A DNA stretch of 64,000 nucleotides from Aplysia californica (taxonomy: Eukaryota): assembly GCF_000002075.1 (NCBI RefSeq), contig NW_004797283.1, forward strand, positions 1,170,551 to 1,234,550. The letters run 5' to 3'. Shown piece by piece: positions 48,781 through 62,826 of the stretch. Both the position numbers and the translations under genes were made by a program. Under the pieces are notes generated by a model. The model was not told the origin of the DNA and made no database searches. It was given only the letters and a program-made list of their open reading frames with translations. Each line of letters opens with the position of its first letter. The stretch's first letter is position 1.

Positions 48781-49223
48781 GAAATACTCCCTTGAAAATT
48801 TGAAACAACAATTAACCTGCTTGGATGACAATGTGAAAAAAACAAGAAATCAAAGCTGCTTGATGTAGCATCTAATACAAAGTTTAAACCAAATATCATA
48901 TAGCTAGTTGCTACACTGCTTTGATCAGGTGGGACAAAGACTGTAGGACAAGCTTTCCTTGTACCACTTAGCACCACTGTGCATATATGGAGCAGACATC
49001 GAAAAGAAACAACGCACAGAACAAAATACAAATGTAACTGAGAGTTTATAATTTGTTTTTTTTTTAATACATGCTTAGTAAGTGGAAACTTCCACATAAT
49101 AATCACCTTCTGTTTACAAAGTGCGACATTTTTATGCATCCATCCAGTTTACATCATACTGAGATGGTCTAACTAACAAGGTATACCAAGCCCCACTCTC
49201 TACTGAAATGCACACAGTACACG

Positions 49224-49480
49224 CTACTTCTTATAAGTGCTCAACTTGGTTTTAAAGCTGCCAGTTTTGCTAGAAACACATGTGGAAGTTGAAGCCGGTC
49301 GGGTTTGCTGAGACGAGTCAAAATTCTTGTTCTGCAGCACATTTGTCTGCACAACCAAGTCCGGAATGATGCGCTGTCTGCCACTGCCACTTCTCATCAA
49401 CTTCATGGGTGCAGACACTGCCCTGTTATGAGTGTTATGATTGTTCCTCGAAAGACTCTCGTGGGAAGTGTTCGGGCGCC
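49224..49480 (-). CDS. ANKAR: ANKAR terminal coding exon (RPNTSHESLSR...KLSTYKK*)
   Basis: Pyrimidine tract + gtcag acceptor; phase 1 matches; open frame to TAG at 49224-49226; low-complexity basic tail. Confidence 0.72.
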
Positions 49481-50162
49481 CTGACGATGTCAAGAGAAAA
49501 AATATCATGTACACTACCTTCAAAGCCATCTATTGGTGTCTAGAAACACACTAAACACAGATTAGGAAATGGACGGAGCTGTGAAATGGTCAAAATTTGA
49601 GAGTCAGAGGTGGTTACACTTGAGATTTGATAAAGATAATGATAAAGATATGGATAATAATGATGACAACATTTAAATCATCATCATCATCATCATCATC
49701 AACATGATGATAATGAAAACGATCATTATAGAGCTCATAATCAAAAGACCCATTCTCTCGCGACAGGAAAAGCTAATACAAACAATCTCTTCTTAACATC
49801 TAAAAAAAAAAGTTATAATTTCGGCTTCTATAAACATAAAAGCACTTACTATAAAACAAAAATAATTTCAACCCTTTTGCAAAGATTTACTATCTTCAGT
49901 CTAAACAGTACCTTGTGCTCCAAAGTTTGTTTTTGTTTTGTGTTTTCCATTCATCAAAGATGCTATTTCCAACACGAATTTCCACTTTCATGATCCAAGA
50001 AAACAGAAGAATACTGCACTTATGATGAATCAGCTTTTTTAAAGCAGTCAACTTAATGTCAAAATTGGTCAAACTAGCGTGCCTGCGTTCGTGTGCATAT
50101 GTGTGTGTATATATGTTTGAGAGTATGAGGACCTGTGTGTATGTGTATTTGTGTTCATGTGC

Positions 50163-50201
<39 letters not shown>

Positions 50202-53200
50202 TGTGTGTTTGGATGAATGTGTGTGTTTGGATGAATGCATATTCAGTAGCACATTCAAATATTTTTAACATTTACTGATGTATATCACATAGGTTCATTT
50301 TATATTTCCTGTAAAACACATTGAACATTCTCCCGCTTTCAGCAAAATTGTGCTTATAAATGCAATCGATTATTATAAATATCACTATTATTGGTATTAT
50401 TATATTATCATTAATACTTCCATAATCATTATCAATATAAATACTATAATGATGACTGTTGCTGTCATTACTAAAATAATCATTGTCATCATTATTATCA
50501 AGTTGTTACAATTACAACATTATCTTAATTGTAATAAACATTATGATTATGATTATCATCATTACTTTTATCATTTCGTCGGCCGAGAATTTTAACCGTC
50601 CAACTCCAATTTCGTAAATTTTGCAGGAGAGACAAAAAACTGAACTCAAAGGCTCTTATGGGGATTTACTGTTTTTAAATGCGCTAGACTGGAATACATG
50701 ACTCTACTTTTAAGTATTTAAAACAAAATTGCAGAAATTTTATTATTTTAAGTCCTAAACCAGAATTATACGGATAGACCGCTCAGTTTTGGATTTCTAA
50801 GCGTCCAAGTGTCGACGAACGAATTGTTCATTTAGAATTCTCCAACCTGGCGGGGACGCCACGCGCTTCATTACGTCTAACTCAGTCATCGTGACATTTT
50901 AATGTTACAGAACAACTCGAAATGACTACACCTGCAGTCAATCCAATAGGAAGCCTACTATAAAAGTTCTAATTAGTACTACATAATACTGTAGAAAGTA
51001 CCCCCCACTCATACTTTTCTTTATACAAACGGCGGTACACTGCCTGTAAGCTCTGGAAAACAAGTTCCTAGTATAACTTACAGGAGTCCTTCCGGAAAAA
51101 ATGAGATGGCAACTCGAGCAGATCACGAAGAAACTGTTTAAGTACCGTTGATTCTGTAGTCTCCTCCCTCACCCTTTTTTTGTGAACTGGAACCCCACCC
51201 TCCGCTACACCCAACCCATATGTGAGAACATTGTGAACATACTAGTTACAAAGTACAGGACTTAAGAAGAAAGCCTTGCACACTTTGACTCTGGCCCCAT
51301 TCACTCGCAGATGGTACTTCATGGACCACAATCTTCTGCTTTCTCTCTACTTTTTCTCCACAGGCTCGACACAGTCGACCAACCTTTTAACAAAAGCAGC
51401 CTTTTCTGATTTTACATTTATTTATAATCAAACGCCTCCTTCGAAGCAAAACGTTATCGCCGTGATCCACAATGGTAGGCTACCTAAACGAATTAGACGG
51501 TTAGAATTCTTCAGTCACGGAAGCCAGTCGGAATATACGGTTAGAATTTCTCTTTAAAACAAGACTTTTGTTTGTCAAAATTGTTCTTGATTTTAATAGG
51601 ACGTAGCCATTCGTCATGTCGATCTAATTTAAGGAAAAAAGCAATTCAAGAAAATTTCGGAGTTAGACGGTTAGAATTCTCCGCCGACGATTTATTATAT
51701 TAATGAACAAGGGACATAATTACAGCAATAAAAAACCTAACAGAATTGTAGTTAGCTGGTGATCAGTCATTCAAAAGAGGTTAGCCAGGAAATCTCGTTA
51801 TCTATTCTACACAGAGCATTTGTAAAGTTCCATTTCATGTTTGAAAGATGTTTTTGCTTGTACAAACATCCATCTTTTGTTGCACAAATATCAGTAAAAG
51901 CTACTGGAACAGATTGGCACCAATCCAACATAATAATTCCCATAGCGCTTTTGCTACATGGCAGTCTCTTGAACACGACAAAATTTATATCATGAAAACA
52001 TGGTCTGCTGTTAGTCCAGACATAAACTGTATCCAAATATTGTGGTACATTCTAGTGTGTGCAGTTTGGGCAACAAAGCCAGCTCCCCAGACATTCAACA
52101 AACTCTTTGAATGCCTTGTAGACGAATGGAATGGAGTCCCCAACAAGGCAATATTAAACCATAAAAGGTCAAAGCAAAAATGAGGGGTCGCTCTTATTGA
52201 CCAAAATGGCGTCCACACCCAGTACAGATCTTTTTCAAAAAAGTGATATATTTGAAGTACGGTAGCACAATTTGCGACTTACTTTTTTTGAGTGACCCCA
52301 TTTGTAACATCACAGGTTGAAGAGGTTGGAATATTTTAAAGAACTGATTTTTGTGTCTTATTCATCATTAGATTTCATTTCATGTGCCAGACAACATATA
52401 ACTATTTGTTTCCTTGGCTCTTTTAAGCAAAATTAATGTGTTCTTCTCTGCTCCTGAGTTATAAATATGAACAGTTTCACGACAAAAGGCGACAAACACT
52501 ACTTTCGAAATTTGGCCAAATCTAGTATCATCGTATCTCGAAAGGTGAAGCACATTCCGAAGCCAACTTTTTTTTTCACAAAACGCAATATTTCCTCATC
52601 AAAGAACTGCAGAAAATTGCGCTTTTTTTACAAAATGTGACAGAACGGTAGAGCTTTTTTTGATCCTCGCAACATATCCTCTGCATGTCAATCAAGTTCT
52701 TTCCTCGAGTCACGTGACTTCACTTGTGATCGACGAAAGTTTGTCAGCGGTTCTTTCTCTTCCTTATAGTATCAATGCAGATAAGTCGTGTTTTGTCAAA
52801 AATGTGTGGAGATCTCATCAATGGATAAAAATGCAACATAGATTTCATCAATTGGCAAATATCAACTAAGCCTTGCATCATGTTTACTCTAAAACCAAAG
52901 TTGCTCTATATTATTCAGTAAATGGGGTAAGAATATAAATTTTTAGTTTTCTCAAAACCGGAAAAATGGATATCTCGCATTTAGTCCAGAAACTGTTCAC
53001 ATTATATATATTATATCATATCCTTGCTCAAAAGGAACAACAATTCCAAGACAGATTTTTATTTACTCCAAGAAATTCCAACAACAAAAAGAAAATAGCA
53101 CACACTTATCCACCTGTACATGATGATACTTACTTCCTGAGTATGGTTTACCAGACTCAACTGGACGGCCTCCATTGATTTCCAAGCTAACCAAGTGAAG

Positions 53201-56200
53201 CAAAAGAAAATTCTTGATGAAATAATACATTGTTTTTTTCTTCAGCAAGAACAACAAACAGTAGTAACAAATAGAGAAGCGATGGAAACACACTGAGTCA
53301 CTATGAAGGATTAGTAGTAAACGCTCTTCAAAAAGCAAGTTAGGGAAATGTTTGGCTACTTTATTTGAGAATGATAAATCATCCCTGCCATGGATGTTCA
53401 CTGGAACACTATCGACAAGCTTGGTCAGATCATGGTTTAAAAATGGGCGAGCATAAAAAACATTGCATCTGAAAGATCTAGAAATAATCTTTGTTCTATG
53501 CACTATATGCACAGTATTAAAACAATGAAAAATAAAGAACCTAGTAACTGAATTGACCTTGAAAGTATTTAATTTTTTTTAGCATAACTATTATAAAATA
53601 CAAGAGCACAAGGCATATATTGACCAAAAGCTAATGTTATACATATTTCATATCTATCTAATGTTATACATATTTTTGTAAGTTCATGGCATTTAGCTGT
53701 CTATGAACTTCATCCAAGCAGGAATCACAAGAACAAGAACATTGTTGTCATATAAAGGCAGAAACAAAAAAGCTACAGAATTTGAAAAAAAGGAACGATA
53801 GAAAAAATAGCGCTAAAAATGTTGATATTATAGATTAAATAAAACTTTAAGTTCTATATTAAATACTGACGGAAATGGAAAGAAAAAATAGAGGTCACTG
53901 GGTTCTTTTAAATTAAATCCCTACCCAATTATATTTGACCACATTTATGACTTATAATTTAGATGCATCCAAAACTTTCAAAACAGCTTTTCAAAATAAT
54001 GTCTTTATCTCTTTTTTTCCAATTATCTACGTACTGAAAAACTTGGTCGAGATGGAGACTCAAGGACTTAGAGGAAAACAATTTTGATTTTACTGCTAGC
54101 AAAATTTTCATCCTAAGACAGATATCAAAAGATAGGATAGAAGTCCATGACACTGCCTGTCCCTGAGGGTCGCTTTAAATTGTGGAGAAACAAATTTTTC
54201 TCATTGTTTTTATGGATGTGGTACAAACAGAATACAAGCATAGACTGACATATTCACGGAAACAGAATGTAGGCACTAAGTGGATCACTGAGTAAATATT
54301 ATCAAGCTTAGGTTCTCACAAGTTGAAAAAAAAAATAATGACCCAAATTGCGGGTCTCATTAGCTGAAATTTAAAAATATAAAAACTGACTCAAGCTGAG
54401 GTTCTCATTAGTTGCAATAAAAACAAAACTGACCATTGTGTAGGAAGCCCGATGACCATGGCACGTTTGAAGTCGTTGATGAATTCTGAGTTGATGCGCG
54501 GCTCATCTCCAATGTTGTCCATTAGTTTATTGTAGAGGCCAGGCATGTTGCGACACAAAGAAAACAGCAAGCGGTACGCTGTTTTGTTAAAGGTCAGGTA
54601 CCCCATAGTCACAGCAGCACCATTTCTTACCTGCAGTTCAGAGAAGTGACAAAGATTACAGTCAAAATTGTCTAAGACAGCCACCTATGGTAAAAGAGAA
54701 AAGCGGTCGTTTGTCTCAGATATGTAGAAGTCTCGGACAGTGTTTGTATAACGAACAAAAAAAATATGCAAGGGGAGGAGTAGGAAACGGTCATTAGTAC
54801 TGGTGAATGTCTTCGATAGGTGGCTGTTAGAACAGGAGAACAGGTTCGACTGTTGTTTGATTCTGTCTGATTTGAGAGTAATGTCCTGCTGGATACAGAC
54901 ATGTCTCTTCAAAAACAAAATAGATTACAGACAACAAGAAAGGAGGAAACGAAATAACAAATATCATAAGCCTCAGTCAATACAAATGAAAATTCTCAAT
55001 GCAATGGGGTTATATCTCCTGCTGGAAAACAATAGGTCTATCCAACATCTTCCTCCTCCTTCCTCCACATATCCACTGGTGCCAGTTGTAAATATAAACC
55101 AAACCTATAAACATGTATCACTTTAATTTCCTGACAGTTCTTTACATCCAGCAATACTTACAATTCTCTTCATTCGAGAAAAGTAAAACTGGAAACTTTG
55201 AGGTATACAGTGAATGTCCTTTCTATCTTATCTTTTTGGTACAATTTCTGACATTCATTTGAATGGGCCTTAAGAAATATAGGAATTATCAGTTATTTCT
55301 AAACATTCTCAACACAAAATTAAATACGCATCATAGAGAGGTAGGCCTACTTATTCTATTTGCAATATTATAATGAAATATGCTGTGCCAACTTGGAATA
55401 AACTGGAAGCCCCAAATTCCCTGGCTGTAATTCAGCAAATATGTATTGAGAAGAAAAAAAATCCTTGTAATTGTAAACACTGTCAGATTCTTCACTTAAA
55501 CCAATTTATTTTTAAAAAGGTAAAAAATAGTAGCAAAGTATTGTATTCCAATTAACAAGGCACAAAAGAAAACAAATCCACAGTCCTGTGTCATACAGAA
55601 GTTTCCACTCACTAGATCATTCTCCGAGTCCAGCTTACTGACTAAAAGGTCAAGTGCCCCGGTCGTGATCATAGCATCGGTCAAACCAGCCCTGGTATGT
55701 GCCAGGGAGGACAACAGGCTGCATGCTAAAACCACAACCTTGTCCTTGTCAGAACCGATTTTGTCCACCAACATTGTGATGCCCTGGGCGGTCAGAGGCA
55801 CCTGATCCCGGTCAACAATAACTCTGGCTAGTACCACGATCTGTGCCAGGGATGAACATAACATAAAGTTACAAATAATCGTAATAACAATAATAATAAT
55901 AATAATAACAGTAGTAGAAGTAATGATAATAACAATAGAATGCATTAACCCCTACGTGACCTATATGATGTACGCCGTGTGTCATTTTTTCTTACACAGC
56001 GAACAAGCCAAGATGCTGCTGTGATGTACAGCATTCATTATGCCTTGCTAAGCGCGAGGACCACGGTGACAAACACTGTTCGTTACAGGTTGTATGCTGC
56101 ATACTGCTTCTATCAGAAGCATTTCGTACAATTAATCGCAGATTCACATTCGGGAGTATTTTTTATGTGCGAAAAAATCTTTTTCTTCTAGTTACTGTTA

Positions 56201-59200
56201 GTAGTATTTGAAAACTGGGTCTAAATATAGGAAACTGACCACTAAATCTATAACACTACTCTGTGTTCCTGGGGATCCCAAATTGTGCCCCGTGCAGAAC
56301 TAACTAACCCTGTGTCACAAAGAGGTTAATGTATCACTCTATTCCATACAAGTATTACCTCTGAGTGCTTACAATAATAATTGCAATTATATAGTCCATA
56401 TATACACAATACTGCATGCTCTAAGTGCTTTACAACTAGATCTATTAGAGCTTTATTTGCATACATGAAATGAAAAAAGGCACTCACTGGTAAGAAAAGG
56501 TAAGATAAATCTGCTTTGTCCAGATGCTNNNNNNNNNNNNNNNNNNNNNNNNNNNNNNNNNNNNNNNNNNNNNNNNNNNNNNNNNNNNNNNNNNNNNNNN
56601 NNNNNNNNNNNNNNNNNNNNNNNNNNNNNNNNNNNNNNNNNNNNNNNNNNNNNNNNNNNNNNNNNNNNNNNNNNNNNNNNNNNNNNGGGGCACATGCGCA
56701 CGCACACACACACACTCAAAAACAAACACACTCTCACACATCCTCTCTTCTACTCACATCTGTACACATACATATAATATGCTAATACTTACAGACCCAC
56801 AGTGACATGCATAATATATATGAACAATTATTTATCATTTTCATTTGAGATGAATACACCATCATCATTAAAATCATCATACACTATTGTTCCTCAAAAC
56901 ATTATGAGAGTAACTAAGCTATCAGTAATGGCAATAAAATGGATTATAAATGAAGATTGACAATGGTACTGACAGTGACATTGGCAAACATTATTGATCT
57001 CACAGCAGAAATTTGTCCTGGTTGTGAACAACAGCCATTTTGAAAAGTTTGGGGTTTTTTTTCCAACAATCTGTTTTTTTCTCATAACTTCTGCAGACAC
57101 AATTTTTTTTGGAGCAGACAGGAAAAAGGGTGAATGAAATGGGTCTTTTTATTATGTGTCTTTACATCCCCATCAATACAATTTAGATAATTTAGGAGGT
57201 GGGCTTCCAACCCTGCCTGTCGGGGCCAACCCAGGCTGAGAAGGATAACATATCCTGGAAAAAAGACCGAGATACTTGATTAAAAATTTCTCCCCACTCA
57301 GAAATTGAACTTGGGTCTCTTGCGTGCAACAGCAAATTGTCTGACCGCTACACCATAGACGCCAGTAAAAAGGGTGAGGGTATATGTGAGTTGGTTAATG
57401 TTGAGACAGAAGACCAGTTAATTTATCAGTCTCAAAAAAATATCATCCTGGTTTTCAACTAGTACCTAAATCATGATGGATCAAAAGTTTCCAAAGACTC
57501 TGCTACGAAAAAATCTAAACTACAGGACATGGACAAAGTAAAGCTTGAACTTGCCTATCTACTGAGTGCTTAAAGACAAAACTTACAACTAGTAAAGTGT
57601 TCTCAATACGACTGTAGAAAACGGTACTCAGACATTAACTTCTTATTTATGGCAAGCCGGCTTGCGGTCCGAACCGCTGTGCCGGTGAGCCTCTGGTAGT
57701 ACCTCGGGGACATTCCTCTACGAAGACTTCAATGTCAAATTACTTTTCAACAATTGCCGAAAACAGGTCTCTTTTAGGGGCTGTTCAAATATAATCTTAC
57801 ACCTTTTCGGGACATTTTGACCCCCCCCCCCTTCTTACACTTTTCTTACATTAGCAACTTAGTGTTAACATTAATGTAGCTTTCTCATAGACCTTTCACA
57901 AGACAGTAAAAAGGCACAGATGATTACTGGAAGTAAGGCAACAACACTTTTCTAACGACTGACCACTTTAATTTTCACGTCGAAAGACATATCAGTACCC
58001 AAATGAAGAGGTATAAATGAAAGGAGGGCTTCAACTTTATTGGTTACCTTGAAGGTGGTGAGGAAGGTTACAAATTTAATCTGCCATGCAAATGGTCAAG
58101 GTTTAAATCCCTGCCAGAGGCATATCCTTTTTCACATCCTCATTTGAATATTGCTTATCAGATGTTCTGATGCGTGACCAAGCTCTCTTGCAATCTAAAT
58201 CACCCACATTAAGCCACTAATAAAAACAGTCAGGAAGAAACGATGGCAGTTTCTCAGACACTTGACTTAACATAAAGGCTTTGAAAATCTTGCTCTCACT
58301 GTAAAAATAGAGGGCAGACGAGGCAAGGGTAGACCCAGAGCAACCTATTTGGAAAACCGTAACAGATGGGTGAGCGGAAAGACCAGAATAATATTGTTTT
58401 TCGAGAGCATTCAAGCGGAGAAATGAATCGTAAACCATGATAGTTAATGTCTGTTTATGAGCTGGCACTTTATGATGATGACGATGAAACTTAACAGGGC
58501 ATTTGACATCAACAATAACATCACCTGGAAGGCAGCATAGCATTGGTAGAATTCATCTTGGGAGTTCACAAACTTCTCAAAGATGCTGTACTTTATGCCC
58601 CCTGCCTCTCGGATAGCAAACTGTTGTGGTGTGTTGTTGAAGGCAAAGATTGTCAGAGCCATGCCTGCCCGCAGCTGAGTTTCCTGCCAATGAGAAACAG
58701 AATTGGGGTAAAGAAAGCTCTAAAAAAGCAGTCGGACAGGCTGAAACTGCAGGGAAATTGCCAAGATTAAAAATTTCTTATAACTCTAGGGATAAGTAAA
58801 CAACTGAACTCACTAAGAAAATATAATATTCTGTTTTGCAAAAAAGTCCGCACTTTTTCCAGAAAATGGTAAAAACACTCAGTGCAATACTCCAGTTAAG
58901 TCTGAAGATAAAAATAAAGCTAGCAGCTTGAAATTTAAAAAAACACAACTATTAAAAACTACTGAATTAGCCCCTTTTGATTTTCATTCACAGCTTTTCC
59001 CTTTTGTCATCAAATAGAATACAGAAACCTACCTGATCTTTTGATTTCAACAAAGCTAACAGAATGTTAAACTTGAACCCTGGCTCTTCCTGAAGTTTCT
59101 CCTGATTTTCTTTGTTGCTGAGCACAACACAGCCCAAGGATATGGCCACTTCCACTTTGATTTCGTCATTAGGAGGGTGGATAAGGAGGTGAACAAGAAC

Positions 59201-62200
59201 TGGGATCCCTCCTTCTTCAGCAATTTTCCTCTGAGTCACTTTGTTGTTCCGGTAAGCCACACCTGATGAGCATGTGTTTATTTGTGCATTTACGTGGTAA
59301 AATGTAGCTTCAGTATAGTCCCTCATACTAGTTAACTACTGACACAATATTATCTTTGAGCATTAAGTGCTTAGAGCTTTTACTTGTATAGGATAGAGCA
59401 CTATATAAATATGCTATTTATTTTCAGCAGCAGTAGCAACAGCAGCAGTAGTAGTTAGTATCATTTCACAAAAAATAGTACTTAAAAAAAAAAAGATTCT
59501 TAAACCCATCAGAATAGGAATTGTCTTAATTAAACATGACCTATTAGTATTAAGCAATCTGTATCATTCATACAAAAGGTGGACTCCCAGTCTTAAGATC
59601 ACAGGAATCTGATCCCGGTGTCGTTAGATAAGACAATAAATCCAAGGGCTGGAACTTTGCCATAATTTCTACTTGCTAGTCCTTTGATTGGGACAGGAAT
59701 AAGAACATGATAGCGTTTGATCACTTAGCTGCTACCACTCTAAATACACCAAAAGGGGCTGAGGTGGTAATATGGAATGAACATGTCTGCCAGCAAAGTT
59801 ATGCTATAGGCATGAAAACCTTCAACTGGAAGGGATACAAGACTAAAAACTAGCTCTTTAAGTTTAACATTAGAGGCATAGTGCTTTTACAAGTTATCAC
59901 ATACCAACACATAGTATTCCCAGAACTTTGATGACCATCAGCAGGACTTTCTCCGATGTCTTTGCCGAGCGTAAAAGTCTTACCAGTTGTTGAAAAGCAT
60001 CTGCAGAAGCTAATTTGTTCTGACTAGCCATGTTTTCATAGCCCAAAGCTATGGCTGTCATACAACCTGAAAAAAAACAACATAATGATAAAGTATATCT
60101 TTCCAAAATTATTATCATCATGTTTCCAGTGTTTAGTTTTAGTAGACTTTTTACGGCGCTTGCAATTGCATAAGGTCATATGAAAATCTTCTCTAAACAT
60201 AATGTCTGCTTGACTGATGCCAGTATTTTCTCACTTCAGCTCATAGTCTGAATAGAAACAATCCTTATTCAGACTATTACTATTTTTGTAGTAGAACCTT
60301 TGAAGGCATATTTTAAAACACTGTGGAGAATAGTCAAGGTGAAGTGTAATCATTCACGTACATTTTGCATACAAAAAAAACTGCTCTAGTAAAGTCAGCA
60401 TAAGTATTTTGTAAAACTGCCTTTTGCCATTAAGCAAAGAAGATACATCTGATCTGAATAGAGTCGAATATCATTATATTCTAGATAATAAATTTCTTTG
60501 ACAATATTATAGTTGTTATTGAGTCATGATTTACAACAGGTCCACACTATATATAATAGCCAGACTTTGAGAATGGCAATAACAATCTTTATTTCTCTCA
60601 CAGGGAGAAATTTGGCTTGGTCATTTACAATGGCAGTGGTGTTAGAAGGGTAATAGATACTCACACATACACAAAACATANNNNNNNNNNNNNNNNNNNN
60701 NNNNNNNNNNNNNNNNNNNNNNNNNNNNNNNNNNNNNNNNNNNNNNNNNNNNNNNNNNNNNNNNNNNNNNNNNNNNNNNNNNNNNNNNNNNNNNNNNNNN
60801 NNNNNNNNNNGATTGCTCACAAAACACTCGCAGAGGGAGAGAGGACAGGAGACATACGATAGATGTTCACGTATAAGCTTTATATGAGTGCCCTTTACAC
60901 CATCACTAAAATAGATGTTCATTGCCCTTTCCAACTCCACTTTGCCTTGTCCTCGCAGCACAAACAAGTAACAAACAAAACATAAAAAGCAAAACCAGAC
61001 AGATACTACAAGACAAACCAAGAGGATGAAGTTAGAACACATTGTCTTGTTTTGCGACATCTTCCTAGGTCTACATATTCTTCTCCTCCTCCTAGGGATA
61101 GTTACCTTTGGCTTTCAACTGCTGAGTTATGTTAAATGTACCCCATATGCACAAAAGACCTCCGAGTTCTTCATCCTTATTCAAGAAATTTAAATCCTTA
61201 ATCCTTCTTATACTTGGATCGTAGGTGAAAAAAAAATAAAATAATTGAAAAAAGACTCTAGTCCTCCATTAACTATGTTTGTACGAGCTGGGAATCACCC
61301 TACATACTTTGGCATGACAAGCAAACACTAGTGTAGAAGAGTCGAGTTCTGAATGCAAATTTGTTAAATTGCACAAAAAAACAAGCTCTCATTTCTAACA
61401 TCCCCAAATACTCAAGCGTATAAATTAATTACTTGCTGCATCAGACTGCAGGTGGACAAAGGTTCACCAGTACATCACAAAGGTTCATTATTAGCTGCTC
61501 TTTTACTCAGTCACTGCTTGTTTGTGACATCATAAACGAGCAAGCGAGCAGAGTCAGTGACGCTGATCGGAACTGTGCACCCAGGTCAGCTCGCTTGCTC
61601 GCTCACAACATCACAATATCACAATCATTAGGCCTAGTACGTCGTGCAACCACTCATTGTCTACGAATTGCAGTCCCACGAGCACCCAATGTGGTGAACC
61701 TGGAGGCGTCAATGATACACCTTGGGCCTATAGTGACTGATATCAATTAATCATCTAACCCAGTGCCAGCAAACTGGCTTACTCATCTTTTTAGCATACC
61801 GTCGACTGCGCTTGCAGGTATTAATAAAAATAATATTTTGTCAGTCAATGTCTGACAATGACCAATGCATATGCAGAGGAGAATATTTCTTAAAGAGACA
61901 TAGAAGAAATAAAGGTTAAGATGATTTTTGGTTTCCGCTATGGCAAAAAAAACCCAATTCTGACAAAGAAGAGTCCGCCACAGTTTGAACATTTAAAAAC
62001 TTCATTTCCACTTGTGGATATGCACAGCTTGCAGGCTTCTCTCTTAGCTTCAGTATTTCTAATTCATAAAGCCTCATGCTCAAGTGATTCGCTGCCCTCT
62101 GTAATGCTGCTCTCCAATGATAAGATGAGAGCTCACAGGTAACGGATCAGTATCCAGCACTTCCAACGTCATTAGCAAACACTTTTCCATTAGACAAACA

Positions 62201-62773
62201 AGCACCCTGGAACACAAGTAACAACCAAAAATTCACTTCAATACAAACCAACATATAGAAGCTTCTCCGTAGCTTCTAGCAGCATCTGGATGATGTGTGG
62301 AATGGTGATGCGTTCAGCAATGTACTTCTGCTGTGTCTTGGTGTTGCCAGCCAGAGACCACAAGGCACAAGCGCCTTGTTCACGCACTTCAACAAAGACA
62401 TTCTGAAAAGTAAAACCATCAACTTCTTTCATTAAACTTCTCAAAAAAATATCATCAACTTCTTTCATTAAACTTCCCAATAAAATATCAGCTTCTTTCA
62501 CAAGCGCCTTGTTCACGCACTTCAACAAAGACATTCTGAAAAGTAAAACCATCAACTTCTTTCATTAAACTTCTCAAAAAAATATCATCAACTTCTTTCA
62601 TTAAACTTCCCAATGAAATATCAGCTTCTTTCATTAAACTTCCCAATAAACCAAAATCTGAAAGATTTGTAGTATACTGGAAAAGGAGAATAGAAGCAGC
62701 TGCTTAATGTAACATATAAATTTTGTTTTATGGCATATTGACAAAATATCATCATCATCATCAACATCATCAA

Positions 62774-62826
<53 letters not shown>

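Noticed and set aside
51260-51383. Possible extra ANKAR exon
   Set aside because: Lies within the Sola1-like element; the phase-compatible frame stops early and the best peptide is transposase-like.
59978-59986. Strong internal donor CTG|GTAAGA within an ANKAR exon as the true exon end
   Set aside because: Phase 0 is incompatible with the next exon and would delete conserved ARM sequence; at most cryptic.
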